DNA from: Tetramitus jugosus
Taxonomy: Eukaryota; Protista; Heterolobosea
Direction of reading: 5' to 3'
DNA length: 64,000 nt
Assembly: GCA_937625935.1 (NCBI GenBank)
Contig: OW569385.1
Coordinates: forward strand, 1 to 64,000
Shown in pieces: positions 29,239 to 40,960 of the stretch. The notes under the pieces are model-generated. The model was not told the origin of the DNA and ran no database searches. It saw nothing but the letters and a program-made list of their open reading frames with translations. A program made the translations under genes and the position numbers. Each line of letters starts with the position of its first letter. The stretch's first letter is position 1.

Positions 29239-30559
29239 TACACTGTCCGAACAATGACAAAATTCATGGACATTGCATTCTTCTTCTCCTTGTTTGTCTC
29301 ATTGAGTCTTCATCATCGTTCTTTCCTGATTCTATTTTGTCCTTACCCTTTCGCCTTTCCTCTCTTATCATTTCTCAGTGCTGAGAACTTTTGAACAATA
29401 AAAGGTGAAAGGATTCACAACCGTGATCGACGATTGGTGTTTCATGTACTCCAGAGGTGTTCTGCCGTCATCATCCTTCGTCTAAAATACTAGCTCCAAG
29501 CACTAATAGATCATGCAGAATACATTGTTCAATTTTCACTGCCAGTTTATGCAAACAAGTTTTTCCAGATTGCTTCTTGGTATTGATGGACTCAGTCAAC
29601 TCTGTTGTGTTGAGAGAATCAAGTGAGGGAAATTTACTTCGTGATTCGACTTCTTTGAGCTTCCTGTCGGTTTGATCGCTTACAATCTTGAATCCTTCAA
29701 CAATAGATAATAGAATGCAAGTTAATTCTTTTTGGCCCTAATCTGTTAGGTCTGGCTAACAAATGTAAGTGGTAGACGGTACGGTACCGTTCTATCCAAC
29801 AATGGATCATGACAAAATTGACACAATCCAACTGAAAATGTAACTAGCGACGCCGGACACTACTAATTCCAAGGTACTCAAAGATTCAATCTCCTCCCGT
29901 TCTTCGGAATCGAACCTTAGATGGTTCCTCCATAAAAATTCAAACCATGAAGGAGACGGTTGAACTTCTTCATGGCTTGAATCATAAGGACTACAAACTT
30001 TTTTCATTAACCTTTACTCCTGTTGCCAACCATTTTCGAAGAGCTTGATGCAGTTGAACTTTGGATGGAGTAAGTTTGTCAAATATTTGTGTTGTCATAT
30101 CCTCCTAAGAATGTAGTGGAGCTGGTCGCGTCCTTTCTTTGTTCTTGACGCCAAGCTTCGACAACGGCTTGGCCGACGTCGGCATCATTTCATAGTTAAC
30201 AGTATTGTCTCCCTCGTTGTTATCGAATACAATAGAGAACAACAAATTGTTGGATTTTCAAGGAATTATCTGTAAAAACCAAAAAGTTCCCGACACTACC
30301 TGAGCTCAACAAGAGTTATGTAGTTTTATGTTGAGTACTCCACTTTAAGCATGATTTGATTGACTCTAAAAAGAATATTACACCTCCATTCTGGACGGAA
30401 CTGTCTCGTGTGGTATTCTACACCTCCATTCAGCTCTCTCGGTTACCGTTTGTTATGACAATCGTCCTTGAATTTGGTTTATTGATTAGTCAAGCCGAAA
30501 GAAAGGACAGATCTGTGCTCCGCACAATCTACTCTCCCATTATTGACTTCTAGAGACTG

Positions 30560-30979
30560 TCAGTTGACTGCTGTTGTTGGGTCATACTTGTACAACACAG
30601 ACCAGACACGACCTTTTTCAGAGCTATCAAATCCAGAAACAGTGCTTGCTGTAAACGTAATCATCTTGCAGTCAATTGAAATCTCGTCCATCAACAAGTA
30701 AATCACAACAAGTGTCACGGCTGCCCCATCACTCTTTGTGCTGCAATAATAGTCTCTACCAGCAGATCCAACACGTACCTCTACTTGATCTCCGTCTGAA
30801 ACAATTTTATTGTTCAGTAGATGTGTACGAAAACGATCCACGATGGATTCATACTTTTCCAGTTGACTGCCCTCATCAGGCAATCTTCTAATTTCCTGAA
30901 TTACTTTGATCAAATTAGGGTTCATGCCACATACCTTGTGCACATACTGACTAGAAGAGAGATAACTTCGATATGACAT
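30560..30979 (-). CDS. Hypothetical protein (139 aa)
   Basis: ATG ORF with globular composition. Confidence 0.55.
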   Translation of the reverse strand: MSYRSYLSSSQYVHKVCGMNPNLIKVIQEIRRLPDEGSQLEKYESIVDRFRTHLLNNKIVSDGDQVEVRVGSAGRDYYCSTKSDGAAVTLVVIYLLMDEISIDCKMITFTASTVSGFDSSEKGRVWSVLYKYDPTTAVN

Positions 30980-31206
30980 CTGTTACTTCCTTTGTTTTCT
31001 GGCTGATGTTCGTTCTTCGCCTGTTCAAGTTCATTCTGGTCGGGAAATATCAAACTTTTCGCGGCGGACCAAAAAATTACAACGACAAAAACACAAAAGG
31101 CGCGATTTCTTTTTAGCTAAAAAACTTCAGTTTGTCATCCATATTCAACTGACCAAGAGTCATGTCACCTTAAAACACCTCAACAACAAACAAACAAACA
31201 ACAAAC

Positions 31207-34200
31207 ATGAAACGTATACCCTCTCTCACTCATTTGAAAAATTCTGTCGTAGAAGCTTTCACTTCTTCTCCCAATCACAATCATCACAATTCTCATAATA
31301 CTAATAGTAATAATAATAGTAATCATCATTCTCAACAAAATGATGAAAATATATCTAATCATGAAAATGACCAAACTGATGATGATGATGATGATCACTC
31401 CACTGATTCAGTAGACTGCTGTTCACTAGAGAGACATGACTCTGGTGATCACGACGTTTTTATCACTACTACTACTACTACTACGAAAAAAAAATCATCG
31501 ACACCTAGAGTCTCTTCACTCACAATTGATGTACAAAGTGCGACTCTAACAAAAAATTTTCATCATCACAATACTACTAATACTACTAACAATACTAACA
31601 ATACGAATAATCATGTAAAACGTCAAGTGATAAATGAAGATGCATTCACTCAAATCATATCTGTTCAACAATTGTTACTCGAAGAACAATTGTTGTTGAC
31701 TCAAGAGAAGCAAAACATTGTCAATTCGGTCAATTCGATCAATAATTCAAAGATTGAGATACCAAACGTGTTGTTGCACGTGAGACAAGCCAATCAAAAA
31801 GTCAAACAATTTAATCAATTGTTTTCAATGAGTGAATGGAGTGCAATGAATGGTAGTATGTTGGTTGAATTGGACAATAGACATGATGAAGCATTGTTGT
31901 TGGATAGTAAGGCTGCTTTACCATCATGTACTACTACTACTACTTCTCATATGAACAATGGTAGTAGTAGTACTAGTAGTGGTGGTGGTGTTGGTGGTCT
32001 GATGATGAATCGATCTCCTTCGATTACTTCGAATCTCAATGCTGAACAAGCCAAACAGAAACTTGTTAATGTGTGGTCCAAGCTGCAGTCCAATTATGCA
32101 ACGATATCAGGTCATCAGCAGCAACCATCGTCGTCACAGGCATCGTCACAAGCTGCACAAGACAAGCAACAGGCACAAATATCGGTTAATCATTCAGTGG
32201 CACTCGCTTCATTCGATGATTTACCAAAGAGACGATTGTACCGGATGGGAGACAAGGATCATCCACTCGGAGCATCCAAGATGCATTTCGAGTCATTAGT
32301 GGAATACTTGAGGTATCATCCAATAGTGCTTGCCGAGAGTTGCAAGAGTATTATCAAATTTCAACAATCGGTTCATGATCCAGCGATACAGCAAAAACAA
32401 CCAAACTTGAACATGGCCAAAATTTCAAAGGACTCTGATCATCTTGTTGACATTATCGTGTACAGCATGTACGGAAATCAGAGTAATCATTTTGAGTGTC
32501 GCAGTCTTTTGAAATTGATCAAACACTCGATACAAATTGCGTTTGAGAATTGTACCAAGGTGACTGATATCATGCGCAATGGATTCATACGAGAGTTGCT
32601 CTATCTGTTTATGAAGAGACAAGGTGCTGAATTTTCTTGTTCACTGATCAATGAATCCCTGTTTGAACTGCTACAGAATGATGATTTTGACATACGATTG
32701 GAAAATGTGACAACACTGTCCCGATCGAGAACATTCTCTCAACCGCAACCAGTTTCTACGATCAGTCATCGTCGAACATCTACACACGATTCATCTTCAT
32801 CATCGAGGAGCAAATTTTCAGTGGATAGCGACTCATTCAGATCATCCAAAAATATTGATCCAGAATCAATTGCCAAAGAGGAACGAGAGAAAAAGTTGCA
32901 ATCCAACATGGTCAATTTGTATTCTATATGTAACAAGATTATTTCGTGTCTCTCAACCAATATCGATTCAGTGCCCTATACGATACGAACAGTCTTGAAC
33001 TATATTGCAGAACACGCACAAAATAGATTTCCAAACGTCAAAGTCGAACAGAGAATGAAAGTAGTGAAAGCAATATTCTTCCAGTATTTTGTTATTCCTG
33101 GAATATTGGATCCTCAGCGAGTGGGTGCAATTGATTTTATGATGCTTCCAGCACTGCGTAACAAGCTTCATACATTGGCGCACGTTCTTAGTTATTTGGC
33201 AGTGGAAAAATTGTTTCCAAGTACGTCATGCTTCAAGGGCATGAACGTATTTATTGAACAGAATCAAGCAGTCACTGACAATATGTTGTTGAAAATTACG
33301 GAGCGCTTTGACAAATCGAGTATCCTGGGATTCAACTTCTTACAGAGAATTAGCACATCACTGAATAATTTTATCAGATCTCCCGAACAAGAGAAAGTAA
33401 CAGATGAATTATCGCCATTATGTATCTCTACCGAAGACTTGAAACTATTGCTTCATATTTTAATTCAATCATCATTTATGAAGTCATCCGAAGTTCCTCA
33501 ACCCATCAAAGACGCATTGGTAGATGTCGCTAATTATCATGTGAATACACTCCATGTTCTATCGAAAGAAAAGTTCATGGTAATGAACATGAAAGAATTG
33601 ATACCACAGGAACAATTACCAGATGAAACGAAATACGCTGTCAATCTAAAGTCAGACAGTATCAAATATTTGATTCAACAATTATTGATCAGTGTGAAGC
33701 ACATTGAATCAAACATGATTGGTAGGCGAACATCAGGTGTCACAATTGAAAATATTTTAGAAATGTTGTATCATCACGAAAAATTAGCCAATAGAATGAT
33801 TGCTGCTACGACCACAAGAGAATTGTTGCAACGATTGAAATCCTCTGACAAGCGAGCGAGCGTGTATTTTTCCGAATTGCACGAGGATATCAAAGAAAGG
33901 CAGCAATATGTCAATGACATTATCGAATGTCAGAAGAAACTGCTTGTCAACTATGATTTACAACAAGAGTACGTTCAGAGTTTAACCGACGAGAAAGACA
34001 AACTGTATAATATGATACAAACTGCAAAGTTTCTCCCATTCTTCCAAAATGTGGTGCTGTTTGACTTTATGCACGAATTTAGGAAATGTGCTTTTGTTGA
34101 GGATCAAGAGAAGAAGCTGCGCATCCAATACTTTAAGCTGAAAGAAGAACTGATGCAATTTGCACAACAGAATTTCATTCCTCAAACTGAACTCGACAAT

Positions 34201-35193
34201 GCCTACACTCGCCTCAAGAGATTATTACTACGGAGAGTGTATAGGTTGCTGCTATCGCCGAAAGGCAGTCCATTCGAGAAGAAGGATGACGCCATCGCTC
34301 GAAAGAACAAAAAAATGGCACCTAGCATCACACCTGCTCACTTGGAAATTCCTAAGAGATACTATTCTATATGCAACTGCAAATTTGTGCAAGAAGAGTT
34401 GCTCAGATTGGATGCGTTCGTCCTGCCAACAGATAAGCTCTCAACCATTACAAAATGCTCTTCAATATTAATTGAGCTCATGCGTCTTAGTGGAGATGAC
34501 GCACCATCGATTGACAACTTTTTGCCAATATTTATCTTCAATATTATCCTATCAAATCCACCAAGGATTTTTTCGAATTTGAAGTACATTTCAAGATTCG
34601 ATGAGCTGTTTGAGAATCAATCGAACCAACCCATCTACTATGAGTCTAGAGACTACACTGGCGAGTACTGGCTCAGGCACTTTGAAGCAGCTATTTTATT
34701 CTTGGAAAGTTTAGATCCTGATGCCCTACTCTCGCAACCCATAGGGAAAGAAGAGTCTGTCACATCGTCGAAACATCAACCTGTCGTCGAGTTTAACACG
34801 AAATTGGAGGTCGAGAAACAATTTGTCAGACAACAGTCAAGAAGCCTTCTCACTCCGACCAACACTGCGCAACCGAAAGCTGATGTTACTCAAAATCCAT
34901 CCCCCATTCACTCTCCCACTCACGAATCCTTGACAGACATGGCTTCGCCAGAGGATCTAAGGAGAGCCAGTGTCAAACTGAATTCACCACCAGTGTTTCA
35001 CTCAAACTCCAAGCCTAAGGTCCACTTTTCGAACTTTAAATTTATGAACTTGAGCGTCGACGAGTTGAAGTATAGTGAAATACCAGATCTATTGGCAGAG
35101 TACAGATACGCTGTCCAACAACTTCAACAACTATCATCTAACTTATTCCCCCAACAAAACCTTCAATCTTCGTCAAACCGTCAAACGACATAG
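31207..35193 (+). CDS. RasGAP-like + VPS9 (Rab5 GEF) protein, GAPVD1/Gapex-5-like
   Basis: RasGAP-like VPYTIR...IFFQYFVIPGILDP...RNKLHTLAHVL; VPS9 PTDKL...SIDNFLPIFIF...NPPRIFSNLKYI...GEYW..FEAAI.F. Confidence 0.85.
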   Translation: MKRIPSLTHLKNSVVEAFTSSPNHNHHNSHNTNSNNNSNHHSQQNDENISNHENDQTDDDDDDHSTDSVDCCSLERHDSGDHDVFITTTTTTTKKKSSTPRVSSLTIDVQSATLTKNFHHHNTTNTTNNTNNTNNHVKRQVINEDAFTQIISVQQLLLEEQLLLTQEKQNIVNSVNSINNSKIEIPNVLLHVRQANQKVKQFNQLFSMSEWSAMNGSMLVELDNRHDEALLLDSKAALPSCTTTTTSHMNNGSSSTSSGGGVGGLMMNRSPSITSNLNAEQAKQKLVNVWSKLQSNYATISGHQQQPSSSQASSQAAQDKQQAQISVNHSVALASFDDLPKRRLYRMGDKDHPLGASKMHFESLVEYLRYHPIVLAESCKSIIKFQQSVHDPAIQQKQPNLNMAKISKDSDHLVDIIVYSMYGNQSNHFECRSLLKLIKHSIQIAFENCTKVTDIMRNGFIRELLYLFMKRQGAEFSCSLINESLFELLQNDDFDIRLENVTTLSRSRTFSQPQPVSTISHRRTSTHDSSSSSRSKFSVDSDSFRSSKNIDPESIAKEEREKKLQSNMVNLYSICNKIISCLSTNIDSVPYTIRTVLNYIAEHAQNRFPNVKVEQRMKVVKAIFFQYFVIPGILDPQRVGAIDFMMLPALRNKLHTLAHVLSYLAVEKLFPSTSCFKGMNVFIEQNQAVTDNMLLKITERFDKSSILGFNFLQRISTSLNNFIRSPEQEKVTDELSPLCISTEDLKLLLHILIQSSFMKSSEVPQPIKDALVDVANYHVNTLHVLSKEKFMVMNMKELIPQEQLPDETKYAVNLKSDSIKYLIQQLLISVKHIESNMIGRRTSGVTIENILEMLYHHEKLANRMIAATTTRELLQRLKSSDKRASVYFSELHEDIKERQQYVNDIIECQKKLLVNYDLQQEYVQSLTDEKDKLYNMIQTAKFLPFFQNVVLFDFMHEFRKCAFVEDQEKKLRIQYFKLKEELMQFAQQNFIPQTELDNAYTRLKRLLLRRVYRLLLSPKGSPFEKKDDAIARKNKKMAPSITPAHLEIPKRYYSICNCKFVQEELLRLDAFVLPTDKLSTITKCSSILIELMRLSGDDAPSIDNFLPIFIFNIILSNPPRIFSNLKYISRFDELFENQSNQPIYYESRDYTGEYWLRHFEAAILFLESLDPDALLSQPIGKEESVTSSKHQPVVEFNTKLEVEKQFVRQQSRSLLTPTNTAQPKADVTQNPSPIHSPTHESLTDMASPEDLRRASVKLNSPPVFHSNSKPKVHFSNFKFMNLSVDELKYSEIPDLLAEYRYAVQQLQQLSSNLFPQQNLQSSSNRQTT

Positions 35194-35336
35194 ACACCGA
35201 AGGTTTCTCAAGAGCCGTTGCTCTCTTCCAAGAAGAAACGACCAACGAAGCTCCAATTCCCAGAACAGATGATCAACCTTTGCAAAAAGAAACAGAGAAT
35301 CGTTCACAACCTTAGTAAATATCAAGTTTTCTTTAT

Positions 35337-38300
35337 TTAATCTCCCTCCACGACTAAACGAGGAGCAATTTGCATCGCCATCAGTTCTTGAAGCATCAGC
35401 TTGAATGCATAAGGGATCAAGATCTGTGAGATCTTGCTCTTGTTGTCACAAGCTTTACAGTTGAATGTATTTTGCTCCAAGTTTGCAATACACATGAGAC
35501 CACACTTGTTACAGATGTGAACTCTAAACTCATCAGACACATGACACAGTCTTTCCTTCAACCAACCAGCAGAGCCGTGAGAAATCATACAATCACGTTC
35601 CATCTCACCAAAACGCAAACCACCTTCTCGGGATCTACCTTCGACAGGTTGTCTAGTCAAATTGGCCAATGGACCTCTAGCTCTGGAGTGAATCTTGTCA
35701 TCCACCATGTGCTTCAAACGTTGGTAGTAGGTTGGTCCAATGAAGATTTGAGCCTCCAGTCTCTTACCGGTGTGTCCATTGTACATGACTTCGTTACCTC
35801 TTTGTTGGTAACCATTCTTGTGTAACTTCTCGGAGAAGTCATTCACACCAGCGTCAGTAAATGGTGTACCATCACCCTCCTCACCAGTGACAGCAGCAAT
35901 CTTACCCAACAAACACTCGATCAACTGACCGATAGTCATACGAGATGGGATAGCGTGAGGATTCACAATAATATCTGGTGTAATACCTTCCTTTGTGAAA
36001 AGCATATCTTCTTGTCTGTATGTAATACCACATGTACCCTTCTGACCGTGACGAGAACTGAACTTGTCTCCAATTTGAGGAACACGAACGATACGAACTC
36101 TAATCTTGGCAAATTTGAAACCATGAGAGTTAGTTGTGACAACAACTTGATCAATAATACCATTCTCAGTTCTCTTCAACAGCAAACTGCTGTCCTTTCT
36201 AGTCTTGGTACGACTTTGAGGTCCAGTACCAAAGTCTTCCTTTTCAGCAAGAGGAATAGTCTTACCTACAATCACATCGTTACCAGAAACTCTTACACCA
36301 GGAGCAATGAGACCATCCTCGTCCAATTTATCATAGGAAGTGTTCTTCATGCCCTCTGTCGTTTCTCTTGATGGGCGCTGGAATACTTCCTTGTGATAGT
36401 TACCTTCCTGTTTTTGTTCCTCCTTGTATGATCTGAGATAAACAGATCTGAACAATCCTCTATCGATAGAAGATTGATTTAAGATTAAGGAATCTTCCTG
36501 ATTATAACCAGAATAACAAGCAATTGCAATGATGGCATTTTGACCAGCAGGCAATTCCTTAAAGTTCAAATATTCCATGGAACGAGTCGTGACCAATGGT
36601 TTCATTGGATAGTACAACACGTTGGCAAGAGTATCCATTCTAAGTTGGTAGTTTGTAATATAGATACCCATAGCCTGCTTACCCATAGCACTTTGGTATG
36701 TGTTACGAGGTGACTGATTATGATCAGGGAAAGGAATAATTGACGCCATCGTACCCAGAATCATACTAGGATGAATTTCGGAGTGCGTGTATCTTGTTTT
36801 GTTTCTTTCCTTTTCTCGAATCTCCTTCAATTGAGTAAAGTCCATTTGAATCATGACTGTTTCTTCTTCTTCTGTATCAACGTATTCGACCAATCCATTC
36901 TTGATCAAATCTTCCCAGACATAGTCACCAGTTTGCAACTTGGCAATATCTTCCTTTGTAATCTTCAACTGGTTATCGTTGACAATGAAGAGTGGTCTGC
37001 AACATCTTCCAGCATCAGTCCATATTCTCAACTCTCTCTCACGAACGTCTCTCACAATACTGATTTCGTGATTCATGTTACCAACTCTTCGAAGGTCTCT
37101 CAAATCTCGAGCACAGATATCTGGAGTACGATGGATACCGTACCATGAACCGTTCACAAAGACCTTTGTTGATTCAGCAATCACATCAGGTGAAATTTCG
37201 TTCAATTCTTCAGCACTCATGAATTCCAGAGCTTGAAGAACTGGGGAAGAGTGAGTTCCCACAGAGATGTAACTCATCAGAGCCAAATTCTTAACAAGAC
37301 CACAAGCCTGTCCCTCAGGTGTTTCTGATGGACAGATGATACCCCATTGAGTATTGTGCAATTGACGTGGTCTGGCCTGCTTACCTGTTCTTTCGATAGG
37401 TGTGTTTAATCTTCTCAGATTAGACAATGTGGAAGCAAAAGTCAAACGATTCAACACTTGAGCAACACCAGCCTTCACGCTCTGATCTCCACGACCAGTT
37501 TGCCAATTACCTGTAGACAATGCATAGTTCAATCCCTTTGTAATAATATCTCTCTTGACTGCAGTCATCACATCTGGCTTTTGACCATTCTTCAAACAAT
37601 TCTCCAAGTGTTGTTTGGCTTGCTTGACCAATGTAGAGAACAAGCGATAAAATAGTTGCTGAAGCAGAATACCAGCAAGATCCAACCGCTTGTTACCATA
37701 GTGATCACGATCATCCAGAGGTCGTCTGCCCAGAACAGCAAGCAACAATCTGTGAGCCATGTAACCAACAAAGTATGCCTTTCTCTCAAAGCAGTACTCA
37801 TTTGTACCGACATGAGGCAACAATTCCTTTTGCAAAATCTGTTCAGCATATCTTACACGATTGGTTCTGGCAGTACCTGTTGCATTACCTCTCTTACCAA
37901 TATAATCCAGAGCGACCGCAGCGCTCTGAACGACTTGAGCATACTCAAACGATGGACGCAAAATCTCCATCATTTGACGATCGTTAAAGTTGTAGACAAT
38001 GTGTTGCAAAATCTTCTTGTCAGCCACTGCACCTAAACCTCGGAACAGGATGACAATGGGAACTTCTTGACGAATGTATGGCACTTGTGCAACAATTAAA
38101 CCTCCGGCAGCACCATCAGACTTTGTTCCCTTGGATTGAATGTTGACAAAGAAACCACTGGCTCCACGATTACCAGACTCTGAAATGGATCGAATTTCAG
38201 CTGCATAAGAGTACTTGTGTGGTTGAGGCTTCTTGAACACATAGACGTGATTGGCACTCAATTTCTCCTGAGCAATAATGACCTTTTCGGAACCGTTGAT

Positions 38301-39156
38301 CACAAAGTAACCACCTTGATCATAGGGACACTCTCCTCTCTCAGCCAACCTGTTTTCATCATCACTCAATTGACAAAAGGCAGAGCGGAGCATGACAGGG
38401 ACACGACCAATCTGAATTCTGGTCGTTTGTTCATTGGCACTCTCTTCATCAATGGTCTCTGTTTGCTTCACATCGACAAACAGTGGTACAGCATAAGTCA
38501 AATCTCTCAGTCTTGCATCATTGGGGGAGATGGCCGTAGTGGAACCATCAGGCTCCGTAATGGTTGGTTTTGTCAAATACACTTGTTCAAATTTTACAAT
38601 ATATTGTTTCTGCACATGACGAAAGAAGCATCATTAACAAAAAAAGCTTTTAGCAAACAACAACAACCACTTTACACAAATAAAAAAACAACTCACAACA
38701 ACTCACAAATTTTTTTCACACAAATACAAAAAAAATACAACAATAAAAAAAACAACTCACCTGTTCTTCTTCTTCACTAATCACTTGTTCACCACCTGGT
38801 CGATGTTGCATCTCATGCCTAATACGAATCGCAGGTGTTTCATCCACCAATTCTTGTACAGTAGTCTTCATAAACACATTGAAAGATTCCAATTGCTGTC
38901 TTACGAGACCCATTTTCTTGAAAAAGGAACGAATCACGTCCCATGCATACTCTTGTGCATCGAGCTCTCCACTCATATCTTCATCTCCATAGTGTCCATG
39001 ATGATGATGATGATGCATAGCTCCTCCACCATTCATATGATCTTCCATGTAGTCACCAGTCTCATAATCTTGTTGATTGTTGTAGCTTGAGGTGTTATAG
39101 GTAAAATTGAGGCCTTCATTTTGTGAGTCGTCTTGTGGATCATACGAATAACTCAT
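35337..39156 (-). CDS. RPB2: RNA polymerase II second-largest subunit; exons 39156-38761 and 38609-35337
   Basis: [55 protein letters not shown] and [10 protein letters not shown]. Phase-0 GTGAGT...CAG intron at 38760-38610. Confidence 0.98.
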
Positions 39157-39567
39157 TTTTTTGTTGTTATTGTTGTTGTTGTTTGAGTAAAAAGCTTTTT
39201 TGTTTTTTCGTTGTTATAAATAAGAAGATCAAGTTGTTGTTGTTGAACACTAGTGTTGTTGGGAAGGAAGGATGTGTGGTATGGTAGTGTGTTTGAACAA
39301 GAGAGACAATCAAAAAAAACAACAGAATCAACAAGTTCCCTATTGTGTGATGTTTGTCCGTTTTCTTTGATTTTTTATCATCGAAAGAAACAAACGAAAT
39401 TTTTTCATCGTTGCATCTTCCACACACTTTGATTCTCCGAATTTTCGCGCAACTATTATTGGAACTTGAAGGATCGAAATACTTCCATCAAATGAACTTT
39501 TCAGGTTGATCAACTTCGTTACGAAAACCCAATCTGCCTAACGAATACAACAAAGAGACAATCAAAC

Positions 39568-39768
39568 ATGGTTGAACCAAAGAAGAACGTCAAGGAAACA
39601 ACCACTAATGGTGGTCAACTGGGACAGATTGATGACATGGACCTCGTCAATTCAGGTATTGAAGACGATTTGAGATGTGAGAGCATTGGGGGAATTGGTC
39701 AAGGGATTAAGCAATCTGCTCAGGAAGATCCAGCACTTGCTGAATACAAGATTTATGATAATAAATGA
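39568..39768 (+). CDS. Small hypothetical protein (66 aa)
   Basis: A-rich ATG context typical of host genes here; AATAAA downstream. Confidence 0.5.
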   Translation: MVEPKKNVKETTTNGGQLGQIDDMDLVNSGIEDDLRCESIGGIGQGIKQSAQEDPALAEYKIYDNK

Positions 39769-39890
39769 ATCATACATATGTACTGATGTAATAAATAAGT
39801 GTATTTACATGTTTTTCTCTCTCAGAAAGAAGAAGAAGAATTGTTCCCTATTGCAACAAAATGTTCCTTTGAAGAATCATGTTTTCGTCG

Positions 39891-40787
39891 TTAGCAACTT
39901 TGACTCTTTGGAACGAGTTGGTTATTGCAGCAATTGTATTGCTCTGATCTGTAGCAAGCTTGTCCACATTTCAAGTGTCCTACTGGGCACAAGAATCCAT
40001 CGATGCAAGTGTATTGTGATGGGCGGTAGCATGCTCTTCCGCAAGCCGAATGATTAACTGGGCACAACAGGTCATCAAAACATGTGTAAACATTTGGATC
40101 GAAGCATGATGGACCAGATGGCTGTGGGCAACAGGACAAGGTTGATGGGCAACTGTTGATTGGACAACCACCACCAGAAACTGGAGCATCGTCATAGGAA
40201 ATGATCAACTTTGCACCACCACCGCCCTCTTTTGAATTGAAGAAAACATTTCCAGATTGAGAAGTGACATAGAATCCAATAGAAGGAGGAGAGGCTGCGA
40301 GTCCAGCTTGAGTCTGACTCGTAACATCCAATGTACTTGATGGACCTGGATCAGCGAAAGTGACAGTACCAAGAGCAGGTGTGATGAATGTTGGAACGGA
40401 TTGTGAATCGACTGTTGCCTCATTGAAAGAAGTATTGGTCAATCGGAATACATTGAGCGTAATACCACTTGGAGAAGGAGCGCCTAGTGAGAAACCAGTA
40501 GGTAATTGTAAGCTCGCAGACACAATATTAGCAAAATTGGGGATGGATGATAGGTCGAACGCAAATAATCCAATACTGTTAATCTCAATGGTCCCAATGA
40601 GAACAATAGGGTTAATTCCTACAGGGGGACATGTTCCAGGAGAGCATGCTTTCGAAGAGAAGGTAACCTGTGCGTCCTTGTTGTTGATCAAGGATATATT
40701 GACAATAGCAGCAGACAATCCCTCTAACCACACTACAAGAAGACATAGGATGATGGCAATCGGCACAGAGAACTTTGTGGATATCAT
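39891..40787 (-). CDS. Secreted protein: DNRLRE-like beta-sandwich + Cys-rich CBM52-like repeats
   Basis: Signal peptide, FDLSSIP...IVSASLQL...FNSKEG..AKLII, and three C(G.)AC(Y/F).P..Y.C....LCP units. Confidence 0.7.
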   Translation of the reverse strand: MISTKFSVPIAIILCLLVVWLEGLSAAIVNISLINNKDAQVTFSSKACSPGTCPPVGINPIVLIGTIEINSIGLFAFDLSSIPNFANIVSASLQLPTGFSLGAPSPSGITLNVFRLTNTSFNEATVDSQSVPTFITPALGTVTFADPGPSSTLDVTSQTQAGLAASPPSIGFYVTSQSGNVFFNSKEGGGGAKLIISYDDAPVSGGGCPINSCPSTLSCCPQPSGPSCFDPNVYTCFDDLLCPVNHSACGRACYRPSQYTCIDGFLCPVGHLKCGQACYRSEQYNCCNNQLVPKSQSC

Positions 40788-40960
40788 GATGTTGTTTATG
40801 GTGCTGGTTATGTTCTGTGGAAATCACTGCCGTGGAAACCATCATTTAAAGCGCCTAGAGAGGGACCATTTTAGGCAGAGAAAGTTAGAAATAATATTCC
40901 AGTTGTGGCTTGTGATCTTTTGGTTCACCGAACAAACATCGGATATCGGGATGTTGGGAT

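Noticed and set aside
31260-32160. Trinucleotide microsatellite runs
   Set aside because: They encode ordinary poly-N/T/D/S/G tracts typical of host genes here.
35472-38780. Plus-strand ORFs over RPB2, and similar antisense ORFs over other long genes
   Set aside because: Codon-bias shadows of real genes.
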